From NCBI GenBank assembly GCA_902798365.1, contig CADBWP010000013.1, positions 6,885 through 70,884 of the forward strand: a DNA stretch of 64,000 nt. Direction: 5' to 3'. This document shows positions 1 through 10,365 of this stretch, piece after piece. A program made the translations under genes and the position numbers. Positions within the stretch are counted from its first letter, which is position 1. Every line of letters begins with the position of its first letter. The notes under the pieces were generated by a model, which did no database searches, had not been told where the DNA came from, and saw only the letters and a program-made list of their open reading frames with translations. This DNA comes from an uncultured Ruminococcus sp. Its GTDB lineage: Bacteria > Bacillota > Clostridia > Oscillospirales > Acutalibacteraceae.

Positions 1-184
1 AAAAATGATATAGTATACTCGGTTTTATGTGTTAATTAATGATATGTTGGAAGTTTTAATTGCCGTACGGCGCTTGATTTTGTATATTTTTAATGAAACA
101 CATTTTATAAAGAAAGATTATAAAGCATTGGCAGTTGGTTGGTTAACTATATTTTTGCAAAGATTTGGAGAATGAACTGAAGCA

Positions 185-1024
185 ATGAAAAAGATGATTG
201 AAAAAACCGAAAAGAAAGACAAAAAGGAAACCGGGCTTGAAATAAATATTCTGCCCCTTCTGTTGTTCCTGCTTAAAAAGATATGGGTTATCCTGCTTGT
301 GGGATTACTCACGGCTGCCATGGCTTTTGTGGGTGTAAAGATATTTGTTCACCCAACCTACCGTTGCAGCTTTACGGCGTACATCAACAATAAACACGCC
401 GCCTCAACCTCGAGTACGGAGTTTCTGACAAGCTCGGACGTAAACGCCGCCAAGGAGATTGTAAAGACATATTCGGCTATCCTTAAGTCAAATACGATCC
501 TCGCCTCTGCCGACGAGGCAATGCAGTCGAGCTATTCGGTAAAGGAACTTAAGGGAATGGTCACCACCCGTATCCAGGACGAAACCGAGATCATTCAGGT
601 GTTTGTAGTTGCGAAAAGCCCCGACGAGGCGTATCAGATAGCATCGTGTATCGCCAGCGTTGCGCCTAAAATAATGTCGGACATAGTTGAGGGAAGCTCA
701 ATGAAGATAGTTGAGTATCCCCAGCCGCCCACGGGAATTTTTTCACCCAGCTACAGCAAATTCGCTCTCCTCGGCTTTGGTGTGGGCGTTCTAATAACAA
801 TAATCGTGTTTGTAATCAACTACATGCGCAACGACACCATTTTGGACGAAGCCGAGGTTGAAAGCCGCTTCAGCGTACCGGTTCTGGGCGTGCTTCCCGA
901 CGTTAACAACCATTACAGCGGAAAATCGGGCTACTACTACAACCATTACTACTATTATCAGGATTATCAGGATCATTCGGATAGGGAAGGAGGAGAAAAG
1001 CAAGGTGAAAATGAGAAAGCGTAA
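185..1024 (+). CDS. Polysaccharide co-polymerase / BY-kinase activator (Wzz/CpsC/YveK family)
   Basis: Two TM segments (IWVILLVGLLTAA; FALLGFGVGVLITIIVFVI), KTYSAILKS motif, C-terminal PVLGVLP; immediately upstream of a CpsD kinase. Confidence 0.9.
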   Translation: MKKMIEKTEKKDKKETGLEINILPLLLFLLKKIWVILLVGLLTAAMAFVGVKIFVHPTYRCSFTAYINNKHAASTSSTEFLTSSDVNAAKEIVKTYSAILKSNTILASADEAMQSSYSVKELKGMVTTRIQDETEIIQVFVVAKSPDEAYQIASCIASVAPKIMSDIVEGSSMKIVEYPQPPTGIFSPSYSKFALLGFGVGVLITIIVFVINYMRNDTILDEAEVESRFSVPVLGVLPDVNNHYSGKSGYYYNHYYYYQDYQDHSDREGGEKQGENEKA

Positions 1025-1775
1025 AAAAAACGTTCAGCAGATTTTTGACCCTAAAAAGATGCTTTTGTCCGAGGATTCTTCCTTTCCCGTGCGCGAGGCT
1101 TACAAGTCGCTGCGTACCAACGTCATGTTCACCCTGCCCGGAGGCGGAAGCAAGTGCATAGGCGTCGTTTCGGCTAACCGAGGCGAGGGAAAAAGTACGG
1201 TTGCCATAAACCTGGCTATATCAATTTCGCAGGCTAACAAAAAGGTGATAGTGGTTGACTGCGATATGCGTCTGCCCACGATTGCCGCCAAAATAGGAAT
1301 AAACGGCAAGCCCGGTCTGAGCAATTATCTTGCCGGCAACGAGGATGTTCAAAGCAGCCTTATCCAGCATGTGGAGGAGTACGGCATAGACGTGCTCGCC
1401 TCGGGAGACATTCCGCCCGACCCCACGCCCCTGCTTATTTCGGAGCAGATGAACGGACTTGTTAAGCTGCTCAAGGATTATTACGACTATGTTATCCTGG
1501 ACTTTCCGCCCGTAACCGTTGTTACCGACGCTGTAATAATGTCGGGCACGGTTGACGGCTACCTTGTTGTTGTGCGTCACGGACTCTCCGAGTTCCAGAA
1601 GCTTAAGGAGACCTTCCGCCAGATGGACTTCTCGGACGCAAAGGTTCTGGGCGTTGTGTATAACGGCAAGGGCAACCGCAGCCACTACAGCAAATATTAC
1701 CGCAAAAACAATCACTACTACTATTACTACGACGAGTATTATCAAAAGAGTCCGTCGGAATCTAAAAGCGATTAA
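1011..1775 (+). CDS. CpsD/CapB-family bacterial tyrosine kinase
   Basis: EAYKSLRTN, Walker A GEGKST, VDCDMR, ILDFPP, C-terminal Tyr cluster; ATG at 1011 after purine-rich RBS preferred over the 858 start. Confidence 0.93.
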   Translation: MRKRKKNVQQIFDPKKMLLSEDSSFPVREAYKSLRTNVMFTLPGGGSKCIGVVSANRGEGKSTVAINLAISISQANKKVIVVDCDMRLPTIAAKIGINGKPGLSNYLAGNEDVQSSLIQHVEEYGIDVLASGDIPPDPTPLLISEQMNGLVKLLKDYYDYVILDFPPVTVVTDAVIMSGTVDGYLVVVRHGLSEFQKLKETFRQMDFSDAKVLGVVYNGKGNRSHYSKYYRKNNHYYYYYDEYYQKSPSESKSD

Positions 1776-1795
1776 TCGGAAAGCGGTTGTTGCAT

Positions 1796-2425
1796 ATGAA
1801 ACACAGGCCTTACGGCATATACGAGCGTTTTTTTAAGCGTGCTTTTGACATAATTTTGTCGCTTTTGGCTGTAATACTCTTTTTCTGGCTTTTTGCCATA
1901 GTGGCTCTGCTGGTAAGGGTCAAGCTTGGCAAGCCTGTGCTGTTCAGGCAGGAGCGACCCGGAAAAGACGAAAAGATATTCATGCTGTACAAGTTCCGCA
2001 CCATGACGGACAAGCGCGACAAGGACGGACAGCTTTTGCCCGACGACATGCGCCTTACCAAATTCGGCAGGCTGCTCAGAAAAAGCTCGCTCGACGAGCT
2101 GCCCGAGATGTTCAATATACTTAAGGGCGAAATGAGCTTTGTGGGTCCGCGCCCGCTGCTTGTCAGGTATTTGCCGCGCTACAGCGCAAAGCAGCGCAGG
2201 CGTCACGAGGTTCGTCCCGGACTTACGGGCTACGCCCAGGTGAACGGCAGAAATCTTTTGTCCTGGGACGAAAAGTTTGCCTTGGACGTTGAATACGTTG
2301 ATACTATCAGCTTTTTTATGGATTTGAAAATAGTTTGTAAAACAGTCGGCTCCGTGCTGATGCGCAAGGGAATATCTCAGGAAGGAAGCGCTACCATGGA
2401 AGAGTTTATGGGGAACAGCGCGTAA
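1796..2425 (+). CDS. Initiating phosphoglycosyl transferase (PglC/EpsL-like sugar transferase)
   Basis: KRAFDI, F.Q.RPG, KFRTM, SLDELP, MSFVGPRP, RPGLTGYAQVNGRN motifs. Confidence 0.93.
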   Translation: MKHRPYGIYERFFKRAFDIILSLLAVILFFWLFAIVALLVRVKLGKPVLFRQERPGKDEKIFMLYKFRTMTDKRDKDGQLLPDDMRLTKFGRLLRKSSLDELPEMFNILKGEMSFVGPRPLLVRYLPRYSAKQRRRHEVRPGLTGYAQVNGRNLLSWDEKFALDVEYVDTISFFMDLKIVCKTVGSVLMRKGISQEGSATMEEFMGNSA

Positions 2426-2434
2426 CACAACACT

Positions 2435-3082
2435 ATGAAACCATTGATAATTATAGGAGCCGGGGGCTTCGGCCGCGAGATAGCGTGGCTGACCGAGCGC
2501 ATAAACCAACGCGAGCCCGAATGGGAGATAATCGGTTTTCTTGACGACAATCCAAAGCTGCAGGGACAGGTGCTCAACGGTATTCCCGTGCTGGGCGGGT
2601 TGGAGCTCATCACCTCGCACAAAGACGCATACTATGTCTGCGCCGTAGGCAGCTCTGCCGTGCGTAAAAAGCTCATTGACAAGGCAAAGGCGCTGCTTCC
2701 CGAAATCCGTTTTGCCGTGCTCATAGACCCCTCGGTTGAAATGTCACGGTATGTAACGGTGGGCGATGGCAGCATGATATGCGCACACAACATACTCACC
2801 GTGAACATTTCCGTCGGAGATCACGTAATAATCAATCTTGACTGCACCGTAGGTCACGATTCCGTAATAGGCGCCTTTGCAACGCTTTACCCGAGCATCA
2901 ACATCTCGGGCGGAGGCGTTATCGGTAAGGGCGCCGAGCTTGGAACAGGCGCGCAGGTTTTGCAGTATAAAACAATAGGCGAAAACAGTCTGATAGGCGC
3001 CGGAGCGGTCGTTGTAAGCGATATTCCCCCGCATTGTGTAGCGGTTGGGGTTCCGGCTGTAAAGAAAAAGGATTTGGCTTGA
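2435..3082 (+). CDS. NeuD/PglD-family sugar N/O-acyltransferase
   Basis: N-terminal IIGAGGFGRE, GFLDD, hexapeptide repeats, VGHD, C-terminal VGVPA. Confidence 0.9.
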   Translation: MKPLIIIGAGGFGREIAWLTERINQREPEWEIIGFLDDNPKLQGQVLNGIPVLGGLELITSHKDAYYVCAVGSSAVRKKLIDKAKALLPEIRFAVLIDPSVEMSRYVTVGDGSMICAHNILTVNISVGDHVIINLDCTVGHDSVIGAFATLYPSINISGGGVIGKGAELGTGAQVLQYKTIGENSLIGAGAVVVSDIPPHCVAVGVPAVKKKDLA

Positions 3083-3115
3083 GCCGCACACATCATTCGT
3101 ATTTTAGGAGACTAT

Positions 3116-4423
3116 ATGGATATTAAAACTGTCACCGTAATCGGTTCCACAGGCACAATGGGAAGAAACGTAGCCGGTATTTTTGCGTCCTTCGGCAATG
3201 CAAGGGTTTATATGCTTGCCAGGAACGCCAATGCCGCACGCCGTTTGATTCCCGAGGTGGTCGCCTCTGTGCGCGCTGACAGTATTGCAAATAATCTTGT
3301 TCCGGCAGGCTTTTCGCAGCTTGAAGAGTGCGTTGGCAAATCCGATCTGGTTTTTGAAAGCGTTGCCGAGAATTTACAGCTCAAAAAACAGATAGCCGAA
3401 AGGGTGGGCGCCGCCTTGAGAGACGACGCCGTGTCCTGCTCAGGCACCTCGGGTCTTTCTGTTACCGAGCTTGCAGAGTGCTATCCCGAGCGCCTGCGCG
3501 GCAGGTTTTTCGGTGTGCACATGTTTAATCCGCCCTATAACCTTCAGCTGTGTGAGTTTTGCGCAACAAAATATTCTGATCCCGCGGTAGGCGCCGAGCT
3601 TAAAGAGTACCTCTCCAAACAGCTTATCCGCTCTGTGGTAGAGGTGAGGGACATGCCCGCGTTTCTGGGAAACCGCGTGGGATTCAGGCTTATAAACATG
3701 GCTATGCAGTACTCGGAACAGTACAGCGATTACGGCGGAATAGATTATATAGACGCGGTTTTGGGTGAGTTTACCGGCTGTGCCATGCCGCCGCTTGTTA
3801 CCGCCGACTTTGTGGGTCTTGACGTTCACAAGGCTATCGTTGACAATTTGTATGCCAACACTTCCGATTACGCCCACGAAACCTTCCGCCTTTGCGACTA
3901 CGCCAACCGTTTGGTCGATAACGGCTGCTACGGAAAAAAGACCAAGGCGGGGCTTTATAAAACGATTAGGGAAGACAACGGAAAAAAACAGCGCTTGGTT
4001 TATGACATCGACGCTGACGAATACAGAGAGATCATTCCTTATGAATTTCCCTTTGCAAAAAAAATGAGGGGACATATAAAAGACGGCAATTATCATCAGG
4101 CAATCGGCGTGCTCATCAAAAACCATTCTCAGGAGGCGCAGATATGCCTCAGATTCATGGTGAATCACATTTTATATTCGCTGTACAGCGCGTCTGTTGT
4201 AGCCTGCAACCCGTCCGATATCGACGACGTTATGGCAAGGGGCTTCAACTGGTGTCCGCCGCTTGCAATGGTTTCGCTTTTTTCTCAGATAACCGATTTG
4301 CGCAGGCTTTTTGTTGAAAACATCGATCCGTCGGTGCTTGATAAAATAGATTTGGACGCCCTGCTTTCTCAAATCACGCCGTCGCGCTATGATTACAGAT
4401 CATATTTCAGAGCGGGAAGGTGA
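3116..4423 (+). CDS. 3-hydroxyacyl-CoA dehydrogenase family protein
   Basis: Rossmann [52 protein letters not shown]. Confidence 0.88.
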   Translation: MDIKTVTVIGSTGTMGRNVAGIFASFGNARVYMLARNANAARRLIPEVVASVRADSIANNLVPAGFSQLEECVGKSDLVFESVAENLQLKKQIAERVGAALRDDAVSCSGTSGLSVTELAECYPERLRGRFFGVHMFNPPYNLQLCEFCATKYSDPAVGAELKEYLSKQLIRSVVEVRDMPAFLGNRVGFRLINMAMQYSEQYSDYGGIDYIDAVLGEFTGCAMPPLVTADFVGLDVHKAIVDNLYANTSDYAHETFRLCDYANRLVDNGCYGKKTKAGLYKTIREDNGKKQRLVYDIDADEYREIIPYEFPFAKKMRGHIKDGNYHQAIGVLIKNHSQEAQICLRFMVNHILYSLYSASVVACNPSDIDDVMARGFNWCPPLAMVSLFSQITDLRRLFVENIDPSVLDKIDLDALLSQITPSRYDYRSYFRAGR

Positions 4424-5673
4424 CGGACTTGAACAGTAAAGCATATATTCTGGGCGGCGCTCAGACGGATTTTTCCAGAAACTTTACAAAAGAGGGAAAA
4501 GGCATAGTTGCGCTGCTTAAGGAAGTTGTTACCGACGCGCTTCACAACTGCGGACTTGATTTTAACGACATCGAACGCCTCGGCCGCGACAACAGAACAG
4601 CGTGCTTCATAGGCAATTTTTTGGCTGAAAAATACATTCAGCAGGGTCATCTGGGCGCATTTCTTACAGAGATACACCCCTGCTTTTACGGAGTGCCGTC
4701 GGCGCGGTATGAATCCGCGTGCGCATCGGCATCAACGGCGATAGACGCCGCCATGAGCAAGATAATGTGCGGAGAATTTGATTTGTGCATCGTTATCGGC
4801 TGTGAGCTTATGAAAAGCGTAAGCTCGGTAAAGGGCGGCGATTACCTCGGCTTGGCTGCATTGCGAGAAAAAGAGGCTGTTAACGTTGAGCTGCCGTTTC
4901 CCAAGCTTTTCGGAAGGCTCGCCGACGAAACAATTAAAAAATACAGGCTCGACGAAAATCGCTATATGGACGCTTTGGCAGAGATAGCCACCATCAATTA
5001 CGCAAACGCCAAGCGCAACCCCCTGGCTCAGACGAGAAACTGGTTTATGAACAGGGAACAGGCTTCAATGCGCGGCACCGAAACAAATCCCTGTGTGGGC
5101 GGAAGGCTTGCTCTGTCCGACTGCTCTCAGGTGACAGACGGAGCGGCGGCCGTGCTGCTTGCCTCCGGGGAGCTTGCCGAAAGACTCGGAAAAAACAAGC
5201 CCTATATAAAGGGTCACGGTCACCGCAATGCGCCCCTGCTTTTCAGCGCAAAAATGGAAGAGGCGCGCACAAGCGAATACATTCTTCCGTGGACAAGACA
5301 GACCGTTATCGATGCATATAAGCGCAGCGGACTCGGTCTTGACGATATAGATGTAATAGAGACCCACGACTGCTTCACCTCAAGCGAGTATGCGGCGCTG
5401 TCGGCTTTTGGTTTAACAGAGCCGGGCAGGGAATACGAGGCGGTCGAATCCGGTTTGATAGCCTTTGACGGAGCAAAGCCCGTTAATCCGGGCGGAGGCC
5501 TTATAGGCTGCGGACATCCCGTGGGCGCCACGGGCGCGCGTATGCTGCTTGACTGCTACAAGCAGGTGAGCGGACTTGCGGGCGATTATCAGGTTGATAA
5601 CGTGCGCAACGCCATGATGCTGAATTTCGGCGGAACGGCTTCTACAAATTACGCGTTTATTATAGGCAAATGA
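4420..5673 (+). CDS. Thiolase (SCP2-thiolase-like) / acetyl-CoA acyltransferase
   Basis: ESACASAS (nucleophile Cys), [34 protein letters not shown]; overlaps the upstream stop (GTGA). Confidence 0.9.
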   Translation: MTDLNSKAYILGGAQTDFSRNFTKEGKGIVALLKEVVTDALHNCGLDFNDIERLGRDNRTACFIGNFLAEKYIQQGHLGAFLTEIHPCFYGVPSARYESACASASTAIDAAMSKIMCGEFDLCIVIGCELMKSVSSVKGGDYLGLAALREKEAVNVELPFPKLFGRLADETIKKYRLDENRYMDALAEIATINYANAKRNPLAQTRNWFMNREQASMRGTETNPCVGGRLALSDCSQVTDGAAAVLLASGELAERLGKNKPYIKGHGHRNAPLLFSAKMEEARTSEYILPWTRQTVIDAYKRSGLGLDDIDVIETHDCFTSSEYAALSAFGLTEPGREYEAVESGLIAFDGAKPVNPGGGLIGCGHPVGATGARMLLDCYKQVSGLAGDYQVDNVRNAMMLNFGGTASTNYAFIIGK

Positions 5674-5690
5674 CGTTGGAGGGCACAACA

Positions 5691-5732
5691 ATGGAAAACC
5701 TACCTTCCGCGGAGCATTACGGCACGAGGTAG
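5691..5732 (+). pseudogene. 5' stub of a gene (MENLPSAEHYGTR*) cut at an apparent junction
   Basis: GGAGGG RBS then ATG at 5691 directly after the thiolase; stops after 13 codons where a different gene body takes over. Confidence 0.5.
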
Positions 5733-7228
5733 TTCCCGCAACAGGTCACACCTACGAGGTAATCGACGGCGTTCTTAAGTGCAAGGACTGCGGCGAGCTC
5801 TTTAACGGCGAGTTCACCGACGGTAAGACCTATGCAGACGGCGTTGCTCTCGAGGGATTTGTAAATAACAAGTACTACATCGACGGCGTTGCTCAGGATT
5901 ACACCGGCGTTGTTCAGATTGACGGCACATACTATGAGTTCGACGAAGACAGCAACTACGTCGGCGAATACACAGGTCTTGTTCAGGATGAAGAGGGCGT
6001 ATATCATTACTCTAAGTTCGGTACACCCGCTGCAGGCTGGTTCGAGATCGAAGAAGAGTGGTATTACTTTGATACCGAAACTCTTGCTCCCGTAGCAGAG
6101 AAAACCTTCACATATGCTAACTCCAAGGCTGTTACCACCTATCAGTTTGAAGAGACCGGTAAGATTGTTGACGGCGTATGGGTTACTCTTGATGGCGGCA
6201 CAAGATACTACTATGGTCCCGACTTCCACAAGCTCGTTGCTCAGGTTGGTAACGTTAAGTGGGTTGAGATTGACGGCAATACCTATGGCTTCGATAAGAT
6301 GGGTTATCGCCATGAGGGCATTTGCTTCATCAAGCTCTCCAACAACCCCCGTTACCTTGCAGTATTTACCGATGACGGCATTTATGTAGGCGCATATACC
6401 GGCATTTATGAAGACAGCTACTATGTTGACGGTTATGTAAAGGGTGTAGGTCTTATTCAGCAGGCTGACGGTATGTACTACATCACAAAGCAGGGCAAGG
6501 TCTATACAGGCGGAACACTTTATCTCAGCGACGATCTCACCAACGGTCTTGTTCCCGCAGGCAAGTACGAGTTTGACGAGAACGGCAAAATGGTTGTTAA
6601 AAACGGCGTTATTGACGGCTTCTATTATGAGGACGGCGCTGTTGTTAAGGGCAAGGGTATTGTAAAGATCGGCGATGATTACTACTACGTAACCCAAAAT
6701 GGTTCCGTCTATGCCGGCGATACTCTTACAATAGCCGAGTCAAAGACAAACGGTCTTATTCCCGCAGGCAAGTATGAGTTTGACGAGGACGGCAAGATGA
6801 TCCTTAAGAACGGTATCGTTGACGGTTACTATTACATCAACGGCTCGGTTCAGAAGGGCGCAGGTGTTGTATCCGTTAACAACGACCTCTACTTTATCGG
6901 TCAGAAGGGTCAAGTCTATGACGGAACAAGCTTCTACATTGCAGCAGATAAGACAAATGACCTTATTGCTCCCGGCAGATACAACTTCGACGAAAACTGC
7001 AAAATCGTTCTGAAAAACGGTATCGTTGATGGCCACTACTACGAAAACAGCGAGCTCATGAAGGGTAAGGGTGTTATTTCCGTTGACGGCAAATACTACT
7101 TTATCAATCAGAACGGCGCTGTATATACCGGTACAAGCCTCTATATCGCAACATCAAAAACCAACGATCTGATCGACGGCGGCAAGATGTATTACTTCAA
7201 TGCCGACCACACAATCATCGTTGACTAA
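5720..7228 (+). pseudogene. 5'-truncated surface protein with about four 69-70-aa aromatic/Gly-rich C-terminal repeats
   Basis: The frame of ORF 6299-7228 is open back to 5666 with no start codon (HEVVPATGHTYEVIDGVLKCKDCG...YYIDGV...WYYFD); 207-nt repeat period; hairpin follows. Confidence 0.75.
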
Positions 7229-7241
7229 GCAATAACAATCG

Positions 7242-7265
7242 CCTGACCCCGTTTTCGGGGTCAGG
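7242..7265 (+). terminator. GC-rich hairpin, probable terminator or processing stem
   Basis: CCTGACCCCG-TTTT-CGGGGTCAGG perfect 10-bp stem just after the stop at 7228; weak U-tract. Confidence 0.6.
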
Positions 7266-7356
7266 TTGCTGCGCATTAATCCGGAGCCTCCGCGGGGCGC
7301 GCAGCGGGCAACGTATTTACGGCAGATACCGGAAAACTATTGGAAACAGGATTGGC

Positions 7357-8580
7357 ATGAACATTTTATTTTTGACAATCGGGCGTTTTGAAAGCATTCA
7401 CGCTCACAGTATTTACACCGATTTATTAAGAACCTTTTTAAAAAACGGTCACACGGTCTATACTGTCAGCGCGAAAGAAAAGCGACGCAACAAGCCCACC
7501 GCTTTTTTTAAAGAGGGCAATTACGGAAACCTGAGCGTTAAGACGGGCAACCTTACAAAATGCGGTTTGATTGAAAAGGGCATATCGACTGTTCGCATAA
7601 GCTCACAGTACCGTAAGGCGATAAAAAAGTATCTTTCCGATGTGCCGTTTGATCTTATAATGTACTCAACGCCTCCCATTACGCTGGATGGTGTTGTTTC
7701 AAAGCTGAAGAAAAAGACAGGGGCAAAAACATATCTGCTTCTTAAGGATATTTTTCCGCAGAACGCCGTTGACATCGGTATGATGTCAACCTCCGGGGCA
7801 AAGGGCGTGCTTTACCGCCGTTTTCGCAGGCAGGAAAAGAACCTGTACGCGATCTCGGATCATATCGGCTGCATGTCTCAGGCAAATGTAGATTACCTGC
7901 TTAAGCACAATCCCGAGATACCGCGCGAAAAGGTTGAGGTCAGTCCCAACAGCATAGAGGTGCGCGATTTTGCTGCATCACCCGATGGCAGAAAAAGGCT
8001 GCGTGAACAATTCGGCATCCCGCTCGGCAAAAAGGTTTTTGTATATGGCGGAAACTTCGGAAAGCCGCAGGGGATCCCGTTTTTGTCCGAGTGTATCAGG
8101 GCGGAAAAGGATAATAAGGACATATTCTTTATGCTGGTAGGCTCGGGAACCGAATATCCCGCGCTGGAAAAGCTTTTGCGGGAGGAGCATATCGAAAACG
8201 TGCGCCTGCATCCGTCTATGCCGAATGATGAGTACTGCAAAATGCTTGCGGCGTGCGATGTCGGCATGATTTTTCTCGATTACCGCTTTACTATTCCGAA
8301 TTTCCCCAACAGGCTGCTCACCTATATGCAGGCGGAGCTTCCGGTCATAGCCTGCACCGACCCCAACTCGGACGTTGGCGCGATCATAACCGAAAACGGC
8401 TTTGGCTGGCGCTGCAACAGCAACAGCGTCGATGACTTTGTGAATGCAGTTAAAGACGCGCTCGGCTCCGATCTTAACGCCATGGGAAAAAAGGGCAGAA
8501 AGTATCTAACCGAGAACTATACTGTTGAAAAGCAATACGACGGCATAATGAGGAGCATCAAAAAACGTGAAACCTCTTAA
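7357..8580 (+). CDS. Glycosyltransferase family 4 (WbuB-like)
   Basis: YSTPPIT, KDIFPQNAVD, VYGGNFGKPQG, PNRLLTYMQAELPVI. Confidence 0.88.
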   Translation: MNILFLTIGRFESIHAHSIYTDLLRTFLKNGHTVYTVSAKEKRRNKPTAFFKEGNYGNLSVKTGNLTKCGLIEKGISTVRISSQYRKAIKKYLSDVPFDLIMYSTPPITLDGVVSKLKKKTGAKTYLLLKDIFPQNAVDIGMMSTSGAKGVLYRRFRRQEKNLYAISDHIGCMSQANVDYLLKHNPEIPREKVEVSPNSIEVRDFAASPDGRKRLREQFGIPLGKKVFVYGGNFGKPQGIPFLSECIRAEKDNKDIFFMLVGSGTEYPALEKLLREEHIENVRLHPSMPNDEYCKMLAACDVGMIFLDYRFTIPNFPNRLLTYMQAELPVIACTDPNSDVGAIITENGFGWRCNSNSVDDFVNAVKDALGSDLNAMGKKGRKYLTENYTVEKQYDGIMRSIKKRETS

Positions 8581-9202
8581 AAAAATAAAATGGCTGTTCG
8601 CAAAGACAGCAAAAAGAATCTTGCAGCCGCCTGCACTTAATAATTGCAATATTCATAAAACGTCAAAAGTGTGTTCGGCTTCTGAGCTTACCTGTGTTTC
8701 ACTTGGCAAATACAGTTATATAGGCAGCAGATGCTGGGCGGTTAATGCAGAGGTAGGAAGTTTTTGCTCAATTGCAGATGATTGTCGCATCGGCGGCGCA
8801 ATCCACCCGATGGAGCATGTTTCTACCTCGCCTGTTTTTCACAGCGGCAAAAACATAATGAAAAAAAACTTTGCGGAATTCGTTATTCCAAAAACTCCCC
8901 ATACAACAATAGAGTACGACGTATGGCTGGGCGTGGGCTGCCGAATAAAATCAGGCGTGACCGTTCACACGGGCGCTGTAATAGGTATGGGCAGCATTGT
9001 GACCCATGATGTTCCGCCGTATGAGATTTGGGCTGGGAACCCCGCAAGAAAGATACGCGACCGCTTTGACAAAGAAACGGCGCAAAGGCTGCTTGAATCG
9101 AAGTGGTGGGAGTATTCCGACGAAGAGCTGCGCAAGGCGGCGGCGTACTTTAACGACGCGGAAGCCTTTTTGCGATACATAAAAGACAAGGATAATCATT
9201 AA
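8567..9202 (+). CDS. Hexapeptide-repeat O-acetyltransferase (XAT/CatB-like fold)
   Basis: GKYSYIG, GSFCSIA, DVWLG, DVPPYEIWAGNPARKIRDRF, KWW. Confidence 0.88.
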   Translation: MKPLKKIKWLFAKTAKRILQPPALNNCNIHKTSKVCSASELTCVSLGKYSYIGSRCWAVNAEVGSFCSIADDCRIGGAIHPMEHVSTSPVFHSGKNIMKKNFAEFVIPKTPHTTIEYDVWLGVGCRIKSGVTVHTGAVIGMGSIVTHDVPPYEIWAGNPARKIRDRFDKETAQRLLESKWWEYSDEELRKAAAYFNDAEAFLRYIKDKDNH

Positions 9203-10365
9203 TGAAAATAACACATTTGTGCTTGGGCTGCTTTTTTCCGGACGGCTTTTCATATCAGGAGAACATGCTGCCCAAATTTCATAAGCAGCAGGGGCACGAG
9301 GTAACGGTTATCGCCTCGCTGCAAACCTTTGACAAAAACGGAAAGACCGCCTTTATGCCAAAGGCTTCGGCTTACCGCAATGAATACGATATTCCGGTGA
9401 TAAGGCTCGACTACAAAAAGCCGCTTAAGCTTTACCGCAAAATGAAGCGCTTTGAGGGAACCCGTGAGGCGCTCGAAAAAGCCTCGCCCGATGTTTTGTT
9501 CATACACGGCTGCCAGTTTCTGGATATAGACAAGGTCATAGGATATATAAAAAAACACCCGGGTGTTACGGTGTATGTCGATAATCACGCGGATTTTTCC
9601 AACAGCGCCAAAAGCTTTACATCCAAGGAGCTGCTTCACGGTGTTGTTTGGAAGCGCTGTGCGCACAGGATCGATCCGTATGTAAAAAAGTGGTACGGCG
9701 TTTTGCCTGCGCGCGTCGATTTTTTAAGAGATATTTATAAGCTGCCCGAAAACAAGATAGAACTGCTTGTTATGGGAGCGGACGACGACAAGGTGAAAGA
9801 GGCGCTGAATCCGGACGTAAGGCGTGAAATACGCCAAAAATACGGCATAGGCGACGGCGATTTCCTCATAATGACCGGCGGCAAGATAGACAGGGCAAAG
9901 CAGCAGACAGTCCTTCTTATGAATGCCGTCAACCGCATTGACGATCCGCGTGTAAAGCTGTTGGTTTTCGGCTCGGTAGTGCCCGAGCTTAAGGACAGGG
10001 TAGAGGCGTGCCTGAGCGACAAGGTACAATACATAGGCTGGATAACCTCAGACGAGACCTACGCCTACTTTGCGGCGGCAGATCTTGCCGTGTTCCCCGG
10101 CAGGCATTCCGTGCTGTGGGAGCAGGTCGCGGGCATAGGCGTCCCCATGATATGCAAATACTGGGACGGTACCACCCACGTTGATGTGGGCGGAAACGCT
10201 TTGTTTTTATACAAGGATTCAGAGGAAGAGATTTATGATGTTCTTCTTAGAATTCTCGGCGACGAAAAAATATATGCTGAAATGAAAAAAGCCGCTGAAC
10301 TCAACGGAATAAAGACGTTTTCCTATGACAGTATTGCAAAAAGAAGTGTGGAAGATCAAGCATGA
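9202..10365 (+). CDS. Glycosyltransferase family 4
   Basis: SYQENML, GHEVTVI, TGGKI..K, AADLAVFPG.HSVLWEQ..G.P. Confidence 0.85.
   Translation: MKITHLCLGCFFPDGFSYQENMLPKFHKQQGHEVTVIASLQTFDKNGKTAFMPKASAYRNEYDIPVIRLDYKKPLKLYRKMKRFEGTREALEKASPDVLFIHGCQFLDIDKVIGYIKKHPGVTVYVDNHADFSNSAKSFTSKELLHGVVWKRCAHRIDPYVKKWYGVLPARVDFLRDIYKLPENKIELLVMGADDDKVKEALNPDVRREIRQKYGIGDGDFLIMTGGKIDRAKQQTVLLMNAVNRIDDPRVKLLVFGSVVPELKDRVEACLSDKVQYIGWITSDETYAYFAAADLAVFPGRHSVLWEQVAGIGVPMICKYWDGTTHVDVGGNALFLYKDSEEEIYDVLLRILGDEKIYAEMKKAAELNGIKTFSYDSIAKRSVEDQA

Noticed and set aside
858..1010. N-terminal extensions in the ORF track (858, 20961, 27130, 51574, 57501, 62808 starts)
   Set aside because: They overlap upstream genes or lack an RBS; downstream ATGs with RBS fit the families better
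5717..6697. Long minus-strand ORFs (also 25766-26878, 44817-45788, 53104-54120 and others)
   Set aside because: Antisense shadows of well-supported plus-strand genes; no motifs or RBS
8567..9202. catB/vat antibiotic-resistance acetyltransferase
   Set aside because: Same fold but translationally coupled between glycosyltransferases; a glycan O-acetyltransferase is more parsimonious
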